NCBI GenBank assembly: GCA_016712745.1 | Contig: JADJQN010000001.1 | Location: forward strand, 1,009,494-1,073,493 | Source of the DNA: Sandaracinaceae bacterium | GTDB lineage: Bacteria > Myxococcota_A > Polyangia > Polyangiales > JADJQN01 | Length of the DNA: 64,000 nucleotides | Direction of reading: 5' to 3' | In this document: positions 19,275 through 30,677 of the stretch, one piece after another | Layout: every line of letters begins with the position of its first letter | How positions within the stretch are numbered: position 1 is the first letter of the stretch | Program-made: the position numbers and the translations under genes | Notes under the pieces: generated by a model | The model's input: the letters and a program-made list of their open reading frames with translations, nothing else | Database searches by the model: none | Told to the model about the DNA's origin: nothing

Positions 19275-20966
19275 CTACTCGAAACGCTGCAGCCGCAAAT
19301 ACGCGGCGATTGTTCGGATTTGCGCCTCGCTCAGCTGATCGGCGAAGGCCGGCATCGTGTTGAGCTCGCCGTACTGACTGGCCGCTGCGGGTGTCGCTAT
19401 CTGCCGTGCGATCCAAGTCCGCGACGCGTAGCCGGTCAGGTTCGGACCGCCTTCCGCGAGGTAGTCACCCTCGCCGCGGTAGACGTGGCATTCCATGCAC
19501 TTCGTCTCGAAGACATGGCTGCCGCGCGCAACCAACGCAGCGTTCACGGGCGGGTCTTGTGGCTCGCGACCTTCAGCGAATAGGAATTCTGTAACCGCCT
19601 CGAGGGCCGGCTCGCCCAGGCGCGCCTGCGAGCGCATGCCATCAATGCGCGTGTGCGCGAAGAAGCGCTCGCCGCGCGGATTGCGCAAGAAGTTCAACAA
19701 CCATTCGCGCGACGCGAAGCCGGTGTGTTCGGGTGCGCGCCGCCGGCCGTGCCCGTTCATCACGTGGCACGACGTGCACTTGTCGGAAAAAGTATCGCGA
19801 CCACCCGTGAGCGGATCGTTTGCCAACATCAGAAGCGGTCCTTCGGGAGGAATGCCGTTGCGCGCGAGTTGAACGGCGCGCGCGGCACGCGAATCGGCAT
19901 CGCGACGCTGCGCTTGAAACTTTGCGTCGTGCGCGTCTGCGTTCAGCGACATGGCCGTAAGGCCTACGATGGCGCAGGCGCCGAGAAGCACCGGCGTGAT
20001 GATGCCCAGGCGATCCCGCAAACGATTGGTGGGCTTGCGATCGATGAACGGTAGCGCGAACAAAAAGCCGCCGACCAAGGCCGGGATGCCGAGAGTCACG
20101 AGCGACTCGAGATTTCCTGGCACTAAGTTGAGAGCTTGGTAGAGCCACAAGAAATACCACTCAGGTCGCGGCGGATATTGAACGGAAGGGTCGGCCGGCG
20201 CGTCGAGCGGCGCCCCGACATTAATCGTGACGAGAGCCACGACGAGCAAAACAAAGACCGCGAAGCTCACGTCCCGAACGATCTGCCACGGATAATATGC
20301 CTGTTTTATGGCAAGATTTGCCCCGGCCGGCGCGGTCGGTCCGTGCCTCCTATAGAGAAGCACGTGCAACAAAAGTAGGATGCCGATGAGACCGGGGAGT
20401 GCGCCAACGTGCGCAGCGTACAGGCGCGTCAGTGTCGACTGACCGTACTGTGCACCGCCCACGACGACTTCTCGCACCTGAGCTCCGATAGCGGGAGTGC
20501 TACCGGCGATATTCGTTGCGACGGTCGTCGCCCAATACCCTTTTTGGTCCCACGGTAAAAGATAGCCAGTGATGGCGAGGCCGACGGTGGCTCCCATCAA
20601 CGCAAGACCTAGCCACCACTGCACTTCGCGCGGCTTCTTGTACGCACCGTAGATGGTGACCTGCAAAAGGTGCATGCCCATCACGACCATCATCGCCTGG
20701 GCGCCGTAGTGATGCATCCCGCGGATGAACCAACCGCTCGTGACGCGGTGTTGGATGTAAAAGACACTCGACCATGCGTCGTGCACAGACGGCGTGTACG
20801 TCGCCATAAGCATGAGGCCGGTCACAAGCTGGGTAAGAAAGACCACCGCGAGTCCGCTGCCGAATACGTACGCCCAGCGCGCCCCGCCTTGGATTTCTTC
20901 TTCGAGTGCGCGCGTCATCAATTTGCGAACGCCAGTGCGCGAATCGAGCCATTCGATGAGTTTCAC
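19275..20966 (-). CDS. Cytochrome b fused to a C-terminal di-heme cytochrome c domain
   Basis: The ORF is 563 aa. The cytochrome b N-terminus includes WAYVFGSGLAVVFLTQLVTGLMLM, GWFIRGMHHYGAQ and multiple TM segments. The C-terminal soluble part carries two CxxCH motifs (CTSCH, CMECH). Confidence 0.88.
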   Translation of the reverse strand: MKLIEWLDSRTGVRKLMTRALEEEIQGGARWAYVFGSGLAVVFLTQLVTGLMLMATYTPSVHDAWSSVFYIQHRVTSGWFIRGMHHYGAQAMMVVMGMHLLQVTIYGAYKKPREVQWWLGLALMGATVGLAITGYLLPWDQKGYWATTVATNIAGSTPAIGAQVREVVVGGAQYGQSTLTRLYAAHVGALPGLIGILLLLHVLLYRRHGPTAPAGANLAIKQAYYPWQIVRDVSFAVFVLLVVALVTINVGAPLDAPADPSVQYPPRPEWYFLWLYQALNLVPGNLESLVTLGIPALVGGFLFALPFIDRKPTNRLRDRLGIITPVLLGACAIVGLTAMSLNADAHDAKFQAQRRDADSRAARAVQLARNGIPPEGPLLMLANDPLTGGRDTFSDKCTSCHVMNGHGRRRAPEHTGFASREWLLNFLRNPRGERFFAHTRIDGMRSQARLGEPALEAVTEFLFAEGREPQDPPVNAALVARGSHVFETKCMECHVYRGEGDYLAEGGPNLTGYASRTWIARQIATPAAASQYGELNTMPAFADQLSEAQIRTIAAYLRLQRFE

Positions 20967-20975
20967 AGGCGCCCC

Positions 20976-21521
20976 TCAGCCCAGCGAAGTCCGGTTGCGT
21001 GTTTGCGTGCGGAAGCGTTTGAAGTCGACTTCGACTTGGCCGTCACGCACACGTGTCGCCAAAGGATCCATGCCGCGCGGAGATGGGCCGGCAGTGCAAC
21101 GTCCTTCGAGATCAAAAAAGCTCTCATGGCAGGGACAGGCAAATCTGCGATGTTCCGCGTCGAGCTGAATGCTGCAACCCAAGTGCGGACACTCGGCTTG
21201 CAACGCAATGACCTCGGTGTCGCTCTTTTTACGCAACCAGATCGTTCCAAGGCGCTGTGCGGGCGCGCGCGTCCAGGCGTCGACTTGCTCGCCGATCACG
21301 GGGACCGCGACGGGCATGCCACTGGCGCCAGGAACTTCGCGCAATTTCGCCACACGCTTCCACCGACCCGTGTCACCGGCGCGACGTTTCAGGGGGTGCA
21401 GCAGGTACGAAACGCCGGGCACCAAGACAGCGGCGGCCCACGCAGCGGCGCCAAGCGCAATGAGCGCTTTCAATGCCTTCCGTCGACTGCTCGACGTCCC
21501 TTCCGATTCCGACATAGCCAC
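20976..21521 (-). CDS. Rieske [2Fe-2S] subunit with a Tat signal
   Basis: The ORF is 181 aa. The twin-arginine motif is SSRRKALKALIALG. The Rieske boxes are CPHLGC and CPCHES. It ends 9 nt upstream of the cytochrome b gene. Confidence 0.9.
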   Translation of the reverse strand: MAMSESEGTSSSRRKALKALIALGAAAWAAAVLVPGVSYLLHPLKRRAGDTGRWKRVAKLREVPGASGMPVAVPVIGEQVDAWTRAPAQRLGTIWLRKKSDTEVIALQAECPHLGCSIQLDAEHRRFACPCHESFFDLEGRCTAGPSPRGMDPLATRVRDGQVEVDFKRFRTQTRNRTSLG

Positions 21522-21599
21522 CCCTTTTTCGGAACATCGTTAATACGTTAGAGGCGCGGAAAACGATAGAGTACCCGCGCTGAAAGCTCACGATTTTCC

Positions 21600-23714
21600 A
21601 TGTCCTTGGCCCCTACTCCCCGCTGCTCTCTACTTCTCACCGCGCTCTTTGTCGTTGCGGCCTCTGGCTGCACGCTGCCGAGCATTCCGGCGGGACGTCG
21701 CGGAGTTACTGCGCTGTACATCCACGGCGCGGAACGTTTGGATGAGCGCGCGCTCGCCGTCTGTCTCGCGACGCGTGAGCGCGAAGATCTTGCGATCGAC
21801 ATAAGCACCAATCCAAACCCCACGTGCGGCATCTCTCCGTTCGCAGCGTCGCACTTGCGACTCGCTCTTTGGTCGTGGCCGTGGACGGATTGGCCCCTCT
21901 TCGACCGCGTAATTTTCGACCGCGACATTCAGCGGATCGAACGCTGGTATCGCGCGCGCGGATACTACGACGCGCACGTCACGAGCGCCGTCACCACGCC
22001 GGCTGACGACGCTCCCCCGGAAGCAGGCAATCAGGTTCAGATCGACATTACGCTCACCGAAGGCGAACCGGTTCGCACCGAAAGCGTAACGTTCGAAGGG
22101 ATAGACGCGCTCGATGAGGACTTGCAAGCAGCGCTCCACGCGCGCGCTGTCGAAGTGGGCAAGCGTTTTGACGAAGAAGGTTACGGCGACAGCAAGACGC
22201 GCATGCTTACAGACCTGCGTGAAGCGTCCTATGCCCGCGCGACGGTCGAAGGCGCCGTTGAGGTGAACCCGGCCACGCGAATTGCACGCGTTGTCTATCG
22301 AATCGTGCCCGGTGAGTCGTGCTTGATTGGAAACATCGAGCTGCACATCGACAACCCTCACCTGCCGCCGCAGCCGGTGATCACTGCAGCGAGCCTCGAC
22401 CGCGGAATGCGCTACGCGACCACCACGATTGAAGGAGCGCAGCGTGCGATCTATGCGCTCGGCTCGTTCTCGTCGGTCGAGATCACGCCCGATCTGACGG
22501 GCACCTCGCGGTACATAAACCTGCGCATCGATGCGCGCGCAGGCACCCTCACTCGCTTGGGCTTTGGCGTCGGATTTCAGTACGGCGATGTGCTTCAGGG
22601 CAATAGCGTCGCCGAGCTCGAAACGATTCGGCAGTGGGATATTCACGCGCTCGCCGTGTACGAGAACCGAAATCTCTTTTCCGGCATGCGGCGTTTCCGG
22701 GCCGAGATTCGTCCACGCGAAATTTTTCGGAGCCTTCTCGATCCCATCTTCGGCATGCTCGCGACAACCGAGTTCCGGCAGCCGGATTTTTTCGAAGCAC
22801 GCACCAACTTGGTCGCTGGCGCGCGCTGGGATTGGTCACCCGATCCCTACGGACGAACCTTCCGCCGCCACGTGCTCGACGCTTGGATGGGCCCCGAACG
22901 CTCGTGGTGGCGTGGCAAGTTCTACGGGTACCTCGCCATTCACGGCCTGCTTTTCTATCCGACGGAGCTTCAAGATACGCAGATCCCAAACGATCAAGTT
23001 CGCTATCAAGTTGGCTTCTTCGAGCAGTTGATCAAACTCGACTTGCGCGACAACGCGCTGCAGCCGCGCAACGGCGCTTACTTTCAACTCGGTCTGCAAG
23101 AAGCTGTATTTCCCTCGAACCGCTCATGGCAGTACATGCGCATCACGCCCGAAGCTCGCGCATACGTCGCGCTGCCGTTGGGCATGGTGCTCGCCGGACG
23201 TTTCGCGATGGGCTATCTCGGAATCATCAGCACGGACCTGCCGCAGACGGTGTCGACACCGGACGGCGACAAGCTCGGCCCGGGGGCATTGGGACCGGAA
23301 ACCTACCGTCTGCGTGGCGGTGGCTCGAACAGCAATCGAGGTTACCTCGCAGGTTCGCTCGGCGGCACGACGCTCTTCCCAAATGCTCCAACCGACGGCG
23401 GCATTCGTCGTTGGGAAGCGTCGCTCGAGCTGCGCGTTTCACTGACAGAAAATTTCGGTCTCGTATTCTTTGCTGACGCTGGCGACGTAAGCCCCCTTCC
23501 GCGTTTTCGTTGGTATGCCCTGCAGCTCTCGCTTGGTTTTGGATTTCGCTACCGCACCATCGTCGGTCCGGTGCGACTCGATTTCGGCTTCCGCGTGCCA
23601 AGCGCGCGTGTGCTGGGCACACACGCCGACGTGCCGCCTGAACCGACCGACACCCTCTTCGGCATCAACGGCGTACAAGGCGCATTTCACATCACCATCG
23701 GCGAGTCGTACTGA
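21600..23714 (+). CDS. tamA: Omp85-family outer-membrane protein (TamA/BamA-like)
   Basis: The ORF is 704 aa. It has N-terminal POTRA-like repeats and a C-terminal beta-barrel with alternating aromatic pattern, ending ...GAFHITIGESY. It is coupled to tamB (TGATG junction). The N-terminus has a lipobox-like AASGC. Confidence 0.78.
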   Translation: MSLAPTPRCSLLLTALFVVAASGCTLPSIPAGRRGVTALYIHGAERLDERALAVCLATREREDLAIDISTNPNPTCGISPFAASHLRLALWSWPWTDWPLFDRVIFDRDIQRIERWYRARGYYDAHVTSAVTTPADDAPPEAGNQVQIDITLTEGEPVRTESVTFEGIDALDEDLQAALHARAVEVGKRFDEEGYGDSKTRMLTDLREASYARATVEGAVEVNPATRIARVVYRIVPGESCLIGNIELHIDNPHLPPQPVITAASLDRGMRYATTTIEGAQRAIYALGSFSSVEITPDLTGTSRYINLRIDARAGTLTRLGFGVGFQYGDVLQGNSVAELETIRQWDIHALAVYENRNLFSGMRRFRAEIRPREIFRSLLDPIFGMLATTEFRQPDFFEARTNLVAGARWDWSPDPYGRTFRRHVLDAWMGPERSWWRGKFYGYLAIHGLLFYPTELQDTQIPNDQVRYQVGFFEQLIKLDLRDNALQPRNGAYFQLGLQEAVFPSNRSWQYMRITPEARAYVALPLGMVLAGRFAMGYLGIISTDLPQTVSTPDGDKLGPGALGPETYRLRGGGSNSNRGYLAGSLGGTTLFPNAPTDGGIRRWEASLELRVSLTENFGLVFFADAGDVSPLPRFRWYALQLSLGFGFRYRTIVGPVRLDFGFRVPSARVLGTHADVPPEPTDTLFGINGVQGAFHITIGESY

Positions 23715-26700
23715 TGGTGAAGAAGATCGCAAAGGGAGTTTTCGCGGTGATCGCTTGGACGATCATTGGCGTGCTCGCCCTTGCGGTCAGCATCTTCATT
23801 CACGTGCGCAGCGCCGCGACGAAAAACTTCGTACAAACCTTGGCGCAAGACTTGGTGGCGGAAAACGTGCGCGGTCGCCTGACGATCGGTTCGATCGAAC
23901 GCCTTACGGGTCGTTACGTGGTCATCAACGATGTGCGGATCTTCGACCCAAGCGGCCGCGAAGTAATTCGCGCCTCGCGCGTGAGCGCTCGCCTCAACCT
24001 TGGCGCGCTCACACGTGGCCTAATTCATATTCCGGAAGTCACAATCGATGGCGCGCATTTGGTGTTGGTTCGCGGCGAGGACGAGCTGCCTACGTTCATA
24101 GAAGCTTTTTCACCGCGCAATCCGGCCAGCGATCCAACGACTCCATCTCCGCACGTTCTTGTCGATCGCGTCATCATCAATCGCGCGACCGCCGAGGGCG
24201 AAGTGCAAGGTATCGCTGGGATTCAAATACGCGATTTTCGCGTGCGCGCGCGCTTCGAGCTGCAAGAAGAACTTGTGCTTACGATCTTCGAAGCGCAGGC
24301 GGATATGTATGCTCCGTATCGGCCATCGGTGCTGGTGCGCTCGGTCAAAGGCACAATCGACACGGACCCCACGCACGGAATCTCGTTGCTCGTGGTTGCC
24401 GACAGCGGAGCGACCGACCACATTCGCGCGAACGTCGCAGTGCACCCCGCCGCCGACGATTTACCCACGTCCAAGACGACTGTGGAAATACTCGCACATC
24501 TCAATCCGCTCAGTGTCGAAACCGTGCGGGGCGCGGGCATCGAAGGCTTGGACACGGTCCGCGGAAGTGTTCGCGGCTACGCGCGTTTGATTGGGCCGGT
24601 CGATAACCTGCACTTCGACGCCGCACTCAATCACGAGGCGGGCGACGTGCGTGTCGATGGGCGCTTGTCGGAGACTCAAGGTTTCGACGTGCACGCGCAG
24701 ACGAGCGGGTTGAACCTCGACCGGGCCATCGAAGGAGTGCCTCCCGGGATGCGCATCGGCGGCGACGCGCGTCTACATGTGGCGACGCAGACGCAGGACG
24801 GCCCTCCTCCGACCTTTCACGCCGAGGTCAATGCCTTCGCCTTCGATGAGTGGGCCGTGCCGTCGTTCACCGCTGACGGCGCGATTGCGCCTCACGAGAT
24901 TCGCATTGATCGCGTGGACGCGCCGTACGCGGGTGGCGAAGTGCACGGCAGCGGACGTATATCGACCGAAGACGATGGCGCAATCGCGATCGACATTCGC
25001 GCGCGCATTCCGCAGATCGCGCGCGACCCCAACGTGCATCACCTGGTTCCCGACGCGCGGGCATCGCTCGATGCGACGGTGCACATCGAAACGCATCAGC
25101 ACGGGGGCGGCGCGCAGCACGTCGGCGTCGACGGAAGCGTCGCGCTGCGCAACGTCTCGTACAACGCAATCGAGGCGCAATCGATACGGGCTCGCGGCGA
25201 GCTGCATTTGGTCGGTCGTACGCCGACCGTGCGGGCTGACGTTCGTGCGGAATCACTGCGACTCGGCGGATATGACGTCGGAAGCGGAACCGTTGCTGTG
25301 CGCGGAGGCCCAAACCGATACACAACCGTCGGCCGGTTCGAGACGCACGACCAACGACGCGCCGATTTCGACGCCACGATTACGATTCGCGCGGACGACG
25401 CCATCGAGATTGACGCACCTCGCGTGGAATTGGCGATCGGGGATTTGGTGTGGCGCGGACTCATTCAGCGCATGGTGATCAAGCCCGATCAATTTATCGA
25501 GACGCAAATGCTGCGTCTCGCAAACGGTTCGCAACGGCTTGAGGCTCGGGGCCGCGTGGCGTTTCGCTCCTCACAAAACCTTGACGTTGTTCTGCAGGAC
25601 TTCGACATCTCCGCGATCAATCGCATCGTGCCCGATCTAATTCGTCTTCGTGGCCACGTGGATGCGCACGCAGTGCTTGGCGGCACTCTCGCGCAGCCAA
25701 CTGTGTCGGTGGAAGGGGCGTACCGCGAAGGCATAATCGACCGCATCGAAGGCATCGAGGCGGTCTATCGCGTGACGTACGAGAACGGCGCACTCGAAAT
25801 CGATCAACAAATCGACCTCGGCGAACGCGGCAATCTGATGCTGAGCGGCGGCGGCGCAATCTCAACTCAGATCGCCAATCCAATCGAGGCCATCCAGCGC
25901 GGTCAGTACACGCTGCAGCTCGACATCGGCGACCTCGATATCGCAGTGGCACGTGGCTATATCCCGCAGAAGTATCAGAGCCTCGGTGCACGGATCTCCG
26001 GCACCATCAATTTGGAGAGCTCGCACGATCAGCCACAGTTGCGCTTGGACACCACCGTTAGCGCGGCGTCGATGTACGGACTACCACCGTTCATGCTCGG
26101 CATTACGGGTACGTACACGACGGCACTTACGGAGGCGACCGTTGTGTTGAGTCAGGAAGACAATGCGCTTGGACGAGTCGACGTGCGCTACGAATCCGAC
26201 GTCCGCGATTTTGTTCGTGGCCCCAACCCTATTGCAAACGCACTCGAACGACACGCTTGGCGCTTGCAGGCCAATGTTCCCAATCAACGCTCCGACGAGC
26301 TGAGCCCCACACTTCAAGCGTTGCTCCGCGACTATCCGGTCGAAGGATCACTCGCGCTCGTTACGCAGGGAGGACCTGAAGGTTTTAGCGCGGAGCTCTC
26401 GAGCCGCGCCATCTGGCACGATGATTTGTCACGCTTGCCGTGCGGCCAAGGCGCGCATCCGCGCGTGGAAGTGCAAGCCTTTGTGGCGCAAGGGCAGTTT
26501 CGTGCATCTGCAAAGGGATTCTTGCAATCCAATGAGTCGGCGTTCGAGATGACGGCGGAGACGGCGATTGATGTGGATTCTTGGATACGGCAGATGGCCG
26601 TCCCGGCAACGCTTCCCGCGACCACGGTCGACATCAACTTGCCCAACCTCGACCTCGGGCAAGTGCCCCTCGTGTGCAATCGCTTTTCGGGCCCAGTGAG

Positions 26701-28333
26701 AGGCACCATTCACGCGAGCGACCTTTTCACGGACACGCACGCGCTGCGCGCCGTGATTAACTCGCAAGGTCTGCAAGTGCACAATGGCCCTGCGACAGAC
26801 TTCGAGCTCGTCGCCAACGTGTCCACGCGCGCGCTCGTGGCCGATGTTGCGTTGGCCTCCCCTGGTACCGACTCACACGCAGAGATTCAGGCGACGATGG
26901 AAGTAGATTGGCCTGCTCCGATGCCCTTCCCCATGGTTCGCGCCGATGGCCGTTTTCTCCTCTTGGGACGCTTCGAAGAGGCGCAAGTCGCGCCCATGCT
27001 CGCGATGATTCCTGGCATCGCCGACGCACAGCTGATCGTCGACGGGTCGCTGCAAGCGCAAGGTACGCGCGACGAGCTGACATGGGCCGGAGCTCTCGCG
27101 CTACGCGAGGGAACAATTGAGCTCATCGGACCGGGTCAGCGTTTGGATCATATGAGCGGCGCGCTCACATTCCATTCCGACCGCGCGGTCATCGAAAGCC
27201 TGCACGCCGAGGACATTGAAGGGCGTATCGATGTGACGGGAGAGTTGGTGTTCAGGGGGATTATCCCGCAGAGCGGCGACATGAGATTGCACCTGAATGT
27301 CTTCCCTATTCGGCGCGACGGACTTGTACTTGCAACGATGACTGGTCGCGCGCACGTGGCCGTAGCCGTCAGTTCAGCGCAGACCGAGCTGCGCGTCGGT
27401 GTCCAGGACCTCTCCATCGGCTTACCCGACGAAACGGGCCAAGCCGTTCAATCCCTCGAGCTTAACCCTGACATCGTTGTGATTGGCGAGGAGCGCGAGG
27501 AAGTCGACCCAACTCAAGCTTACCCCTTCCACGTCATCATCGATGCGGACCAGCCCTTCTGGATACGCCGCAGCGATTTCGCGGCGCAGGTGCGCGCAAA
27601 CCTCGACGTGACCTATCGTGATCCCACGCTGCGCGTCGGCGGCTATGTAAATCTGCAGCGGGGCTTCTTCGAAATTTTCGGCAAGCGCTTCGACCTCGCG
27701 CGGGGCAGCCTGGTCTTCGACAATTCGTTCGAGCTCAACCCAACGCTGGATATCGTCGCTGTGTACACGCTGCCAGGCGGAAACGCACGGACCGTCACGG
27801 TGACGGTCTCTGGAAACCTCGCATCACCGCAAATCGATTTCTCCACGAGCGAGCAAACGACAGATCGCGGCGAGATTATCGCGCTGCTATTGAGCGGGCG
27901 CACTTCAATCAGCTCGCAAGGATCGAGCGCGAGCCAGGCGGACGCTCAACAGCAAGCGGCGTCGTTCGTCAGCGGCGTGCTCGCTGGCGTGCTCACACTC
28001 GGATTGCGAAGACAGCTCGGCGAGATGTTCCCCATCATCAGTATCGAGAGCGGCGACACTGCGTTCACGAGCGCGCGCGTGCGCGTTGGCTTCCAAGTCG
28101 AGTCGTTTATTCGCGACAACCTGCCTGCGCTCAGCAACGTCATTCAAGGCGCCTATTTCGAAGGATTCGCGGCCGTCTCATCCACCGACGCCTCGAACAC
28201 GACCGTTACCTCGTCCCAAGGCAATGCGCCGGCCGGCGCGCTGCTCGAACTGCGCTTCCCGCACAGTATCGTCTTCACTGGAACCGTGCGATACCCCGGC
28301 AGCTGGGGTGTAGATTTCACGATCGAACCTTAG
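23714..28333 (+). CDS. tamB: Translocation and assembly module protein TamB (DUF490-type)
   Basis: The ORF is 1539 aa. It has a single N-terminal TM anchor ([21 protein letters not shown]), followed by a long beta-rich repetitive body. It lies immediately downstream of the Omp85 gene. Confidence 0.75.
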   Translation: MVKKIAKGVFAVIAWTIIGVLALAVSIFIHVRSAATKNFVQTLAQDLVAENVRGRLTIGSIERLTGRYVVINDVRIFDPSGREVIRASRVSARLNLGALTRGLIHIPEVTIDGAHLVLVRGEDELPTFIEAFSPRNPASDPTTPSPHVLVDRVIINRATAEGEVQGIAGIQIRDFRVRARFELQEELVLTIFEAQADMYAPYRPSVLVRSVKGTIDTDPTHGISLLVVADSGATDHIRANVAVHPAADDLPTSKTTVEILAHLNPLSVETVRGAGIEGLDTVRGSVRGYARLIGPVDNLHFDAALNHEAGDVRVDGRLSETQGFDVHAQTSGLNLDRAIEGVPPGMRIGGDARLHVATQTQDGPPPTFHAEVNAFAFDEWAVPSFTADGAIAPHEIRIDRVDAPYAGGEVHGSGRISTEDDGAIAIDIRARIPQIARDPNVHHLVPDARASLDATVHIETHQHGGGAQHVGVDGSVALRNVSYNAIEAQSIRARGELHLVGRTPTVRADVRAESLRLGGYDVGSGTVAVRGGPNRYTTVGRFETHDQRRADFDATITIRADDAIEIDAPRVELAIGDLVWRGLIQRMVIKPDQFIETQMLRLANGSQRLEARGRVAFRSSQNLDVVLQDFDISAINRIVPDLIRLRGHVDAHAVLGGTLAQPTVSVEGAYREGIIDRIEGIEAVYRVTYENGALEIDQQIDLGERGNLMLSGGGAISTQIANPIEAIQRGQYTLQLDIGDLDIAVARGYIPQKYQSLGARISGTINLESSHDQPQLRLDTTVSAASMYGLPPFMLGITGTYTTALTEATVVLSQEDNALGRVDVRYESDVRDFVRGPNPIANALERHAWRLQANVPNQRSDELSPTLQALLRDYPVEGSLALVTQGGPEGFSAELSSRAIWHDDLSRLPCGQGAHPRVEVQAFVAQGQFRASAKGFLQSNESAFEMTAETAIDVDSWIRQMAVPATLPATTVDINLPNLDLGQVPLVCNRFSGPVRGTIHASDLFTDTHALRAVINSQGLQVHNGPATDFELVANVSTRALVADVALASPGTDSHAEIQATMEVDWPAPMPFPMVRADGRFLLLGRFEEAQVAPMLAMIPGIADAQLIVDGSLQAQGTRDELTWAGALALREGTIELIGPGQRLDHMSGALTFHSDRAVIESLHAEDIEGRIDVTGELVFRGIIPQSGDMRLHLNVFPIRRDGLVLATMTGRAHVAVAVSSAQTELRVGVQDLSIGLPDETGQAVQSLELNPDIVVIGEEREEVDPTQAYPFHVIIDADQPFWIRRSDFAAQVRANLDVTYRDPTLRVGGYVNLQRGFFEIFGKRFDLARGSLVFDNSFELNPTLDIVAVYTLPGGNARTVTVTVSGNLASPQIDFSTSEQTTDRGEIIALLLSGRTSISSQGSSASQADAQQQAASFVSGVLAGVLTLGLRRQLGEMFPIISIESGDTAFTSARVRVGFQVESFIRDNLPALSNVIQGAYFEGFAAVSSTDASNTTVTSSQGNAPAGALLELRFPHSIVFTGTVRYPGSWGVDFTIEP

Positions 28334-28350
28334 TTATCTTTCGGAGCAAC

Positions 28351-29712
28351 ATGACGCTGGGAACGAAATTGTTTGGTACCGATGGTGTGCGAGGGCTGGC
28401 AAACGCGGGCGTGATGACACCCGAGATGGCGTTCCGCATTGGCGCGGCAATCACCTACCAAGCGAAGAAGAAAGTCCGTCGTCCTCCGCGCATCGTGATC
28501 GGCAAGGACACGCGCGTGTCCGGCTATCTTTTCGAGACAGCACTCTCCGCAGGCGTATGTGCAATGGGCGGCCGCGTGCTTCTTTCGTCCGTGTTGCCGA
28601 CGCCGGCCATCGCCCACATCACACAGAGCATGCGCGCGGATGTTGGCGTGGTGATAAGCGCGTCGCACAACGCATTCCAGGACAACGGCATCAAGATTTT
28701 CGGTCCCGATGGTTTCAAACTGCCGGATGAAGCAGAGGCAGAGCTTGAAGCGCTGATCGCAAGCGATACTATCGATCGCAAACGCCCAACCGGTGTGAAC
28801 GTCGGGCGCGCCGAACGCCTCTACGACGCATGGGGGCGCTACGTTGCCTTTGTGAAAGGCACCTTCCCCACGGATCTGTCACTCGAGGGGACACGCATTG
28901 TTGTCGACGCCGCTCACGGCGCGGCATATCGCGTCGCTCCTGCGGTTTTCGCGGAGCTTGGCGCGACCGTGACGGCGATCGGCATCAAGCCCAACGGCCG
29001 CAACATCAACGCACAATGCGGCGCGCTGCACCCTAGCCACGCCGCGGCCGAGGTACGCAAACAGCACGCGGATCTTGGTATCGCTCTGGATGGGGATGCC
29101 GACCGCGTGATCGTGATTGACGACAAAGGCCAAGAAGTCGACGGGGACGTTGTGATGGCTCTTTGCGCAACTCGTATGTTGCGCGAGAAGCGTTTGAAGA
29201 AACGCACTCTCGTGGCGACGGTCATGTCGAACCTCGGGCTCGAGCAGGCACTCGCCCGCGAAGGCGGGAAGATGCTGAGGTGCAACGTTGGCGATCGTTA
29301 CGTCGTCGAGGCTATGCGCAAGGGCGGCTACAACCTGGGCGGCGAGCAATCGGGTCACCTGATCTTCCTAGATCACGCAACGACCGGCGACGGTCTGGTC
29401 GCCGCGCTGCAGCTCCTTTCCATCGTGCTGCGCGAAGGCCGCCCTCTCTCTGAGCTAGCCAAAGAGGCGATGAACCGCATCCCGCAATTGCTCGTCAACA
29501 TCTCGCTCAAAGCGCGCAAACCTCTGAGCGATATGCCCACCACAACGAAGGCGATAAGCGCCGCCGAAAAGAAGCTCGGCAAAAACGGCCGCGTTCTTGT
29601 GCGCTGGAGCGGTACTGAGCCCAAGCTCCGCATCATGGTCGAAGGCCCCACCCCGAAACAGATCAAAGCCCTCGCCAACGACATCTCCGAAGCCGCCCAA
29701 CGCGACGCCTAA
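28351..29712 (+). CDS. glmM: Phosphoglucosamine mutase
   Basis: The ORF is 453 aa. The N-terminus is LFGTDGVRG, the active-site loop is [15 protein letters not shown], and the metal-binding loop is ALDGDADR. Confidence 0.95.
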   Translation: MTLGTKLFGTDGVRGLANAGVMTPEMAFRIGAAITYQAKKKVRRPPRIVIGKDTRVSGYLFETALSAGVCAMGGRVLLSSVLPTPAIAHITQSMRADVGVVISASHNAFQDNGIKIFGPDGFKLPDEAEAELEALIASDTIDRKRPTGVNVGRAERLYDAWGRYVAFVKGTFPTDLSLEGTRIVVDAAHGAAYRVAPAVFAELGATVTAIGIKPNGRNINAQCGALHPSHAAAEVRKQHADLGIALDGDADRVIVIDDKGQEVDGDVVMALCATRMLREKRLKKRTLVATVMSNLGLEQALAREGGKMLRCNVGDRYVVEAMRKGGYNLGGEQSGHLIFLDHATTGDGLVAALQLLSIVLREGRPLSELAKEAMNRIPQLLVNISLKARKPLSDMPTTTKAISAAEKKLGKNGRVLVRWSGTEPKLRIMVEGPTPKQIKALANDISEAAQRDA

Positions 29713-29738
29713 CCCGCGCGCATAGGGCTAGAGGGCCT

Positions 29739-30677
29739 CTAAGGGGCCACGAGCACTTCCGGGGGGTTGGTGCGAACTACTTCGACGGCATCGGGGAGGC
29801 CGCGGACCTGCAAGGGGCGCAGCGCCGCGTTTGAGCCCGCGACGATTCCCTCGAGGTCGACCGTGGGCAAAATCTGATCTTGGTCGAGAGTACGCAGGAT
29901 CGAACGCGGACCGCGCAAGACCACGTCGACGCGAGCCGGGCGAATATCGGCGTGCGCACTACCGCCAACCACCGCAACAAGGAGGTGACGCAAAACGCGT
30001 TCTTCGGTTTCGGGAACGATGTCGAAACGCACGACAACTTGCCCATCGTCCGAATAGCTAAGATGCCCGCGCGCGCGCTCAATCGGCACCGGCAACGAGT
30101 GCGAGCCAATGGCAAAAGTATTGATCTGGATGGGCTCGGTCTGCACCTGTTGAATGCGTCGAACCTCGGCGGCCGGCCCGGACACAACGATGGTCGCCGG
30201 TTCGAAGCGAATGGGGTTACGCACCTCGTAGCCGTCGGTCACGCGCCCCGTAATAGTGGCTACGACTGGAACTCGCTTCTCGGCGCGGTCCGCCCACTCG
30301 AGATCAATCGACTGCGGCGAAACTTGAACCGCTGAAACGCCTGGAGGCAGTGCGAAGGCGTTCACATCGAACGAATAAAACCTTCGCGTCGTATCGCGCA
30401 GGTCGAGTTGCACGGGCGGCAAGGGCTCGCGCGACAAACGATTGAGCAGCGCGCTTCGTCCGCTCAATGTAACGCGCACCGTGTCAGGAATATTCGTGAG
30501 CAGAATGCGGCGGCTCGAGGACGCGGGAGGGATGGTGCTGACTTCAACGGACACGCTCCGCTGCGCGTCGCCCGATCCACGCACGGAAGCAAAGAGCGCA
30601 AGCGACGCTACAAGCGAAAGCGCCTTCAATCCTATGTTCTCGCGAAAGACGCGGGTGAGAAGTTTCTGACGAGGCAT
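29739..30677 (-). CDS. cdaR: YbbR-domain protein (CdaR, regulator of diadenylate cyclase)
   Basis: The ORF is 312 aa. It has an N-terminal TM (IGLKALSLVASLALFASV) followed by repeated YbbR-like beta modules. Its start overlaps the cdaA stop (TGATG). Confidence 0.78.
   Translation of the reverse strand: MPRQKLLTRVFRENIGLKALSLVASLALFASVRGSGDAQRSVSVEVSTIPPASSSRRILLTNIPDTVRVTLSGRSALLNRLSREPLPPVQLDLRDTTRRFYSFDVNAFALPPGVSAVQVSPQSIDLEWADRAEKRVPVVATITGRVTDGYEVRNPIRFEPATIVVSGPAAEVRRIQQVQTEPIQINTFAIGSHSLPVPIERARGHLSYSDDGQVVVRFDIVPETEERVLRHLLVAVVGGSAHADIRPARVDVVLRGPRSILRTLDQDQILPTVDLEGIVAGSNAALRPLQVRGLPDAVEVVRTNPPEVLVAP

Noticed and set aside
29721-29745. Short palindrome TAGAG-ggc-CTCTA between convergent glmM and cdaR as a bidirectional terminator
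   Set aside because: The stem is only 5 bp with a 3-nt loop and no flanking T/A tracts. It also overlaps the cdaR stop codon. The evidence is too weak to call.
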